Part shown: positions 63,919 through 64,000 of the stretch, one piece after another | How the letters are laid out: each line of letters starts with the position of its first letter | Position numbering within the stretch: the first letter of the stretch is position 1 | Source: Verrucomicrobiales bacterium | GTDB lineage: Bacteria; Verrucomicrobiota; Verrucomicrobiia; Limisphaerales; J093 | Assembly (NCBI GenBank): GCA_024233305.1 | Contig: JACKPV010000028.1 | Coordinates: forward strand, 93,036-157,035 | DNA: 64,000 nt | Reading direction: 5' to 3' | The notes under the pieces: generated by a model | The model's database searches: none | What the model saw: the letters and a program-made list of their open reading frames with translations, nothing else | Told to the model about the DNA's origin: nothing | Position numbers and translations under genes: made by a program

Positions 63919-64000
63919 TCAGACTTTCTCGATCCGAACGTAAACCGGTTGGCTGAGGCTGGCGCCGCCCAGCGGACCGCGCCGGCTCATGGCCCGCTCG
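63919..64000 (-). CDS. 3' end of an upstream gene of the same operon (partial, unidentified)
   Basis: The reading frame ...RAMSRRGPLGGASLSQPVYVRIEKV* ends 2 nt before the HydB-like start and has GC-rich third positions. It is truncated by the window edge. Confidence 0.3.
   Translation of the reverse strand, partial: ERAMSRRGPLGGASLSQPVYVRIEKV

Noticed and set aside
1-64000. CRISPR arrays, rRNA genes, prophage or defence islands
   Set aside because: I found no direct-repeat/spacer periodicity, no rRNA-like conserved stretches, and no phage structural, integrase or known defence-gene motifs. The only mobile-type items are the TA pair, the RAYT-like gene and the REP-like repeats.

Overview
Very GC-rich bacterial chromosomal segment. 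Gene content suggests a member of the PVC superphylum, probably Verrucomicrobiota-like: Tat-exported Gfo/Idh/MocA and aldo/keto reductases, an LL-DAP-aminotransferase-like enzyme and dispersed REP-like repeats. This taxonomic call is inference only. I support about 50 protein-coding genes. I recognised no rRNA, tRNA or CRISPR array by eye. Most long ORFs in the track are antisense shadow ORFs typical of high-GC DNA.

Ordinary content:
- A two-subunit 2-oxoacid:ferredoxin oxidoreductase (korAB-like) followed by a histidine kinase and a receiver protein.
- A divergent enolase paralogue next to a GT2 glycosyltransferase.
- A small RelE/ParE-type toxin-antitoxin pair.
- Three tandem CNNM/CorC-type transporters.
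- An MFS transporter and a SCO1/CusF fusion.
- tsaD, an S41 protease and an aminotransferase.
- An RCK-gated K+ channel and ExbB/ExbD/TonB.
- A sugar-acid cluster of a GH-like protein, an HpcH aldolase and FucU.

Four things stand out:
1. A minus-strand operon at 41.9-49.1 kb encodes an ImcH-like 7-haem membrane cytochrome plus two CbcL-like fusion proteins. These carry 11 and 9 c-type haem motifs fused to a multi-span cytochrome-b-like domain. A secreted non-haem protein follows. Together they resemble Geobacter-type inner-membrane quinol-to-periplasm electron export modules, consolidated in one locus of a non-proteobacterial genome.
2. A group-4 (FHL/Hyf-like) membrane-bound [NiFe]-hydrogenase operon at 53.8-63.9 kb is preceded in the same transcription unit by a sulfhydrogenase/AsrAB-type HydB/HydG-like FeS-flavoprotein pair and a maturation endopeptidase.
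3. A 1587-aa single-chain PFOR-type oxidoreductase carries large insertions.
4. An IS200/RAYT-like HUH transposase gene has strikingly foreign G-rich composition. Three copies of a roughly 60-90 nt REP-like intergenic repeat lie elsewhere in the window.

All functional calls come from motif recognition by eye. No searches were run.
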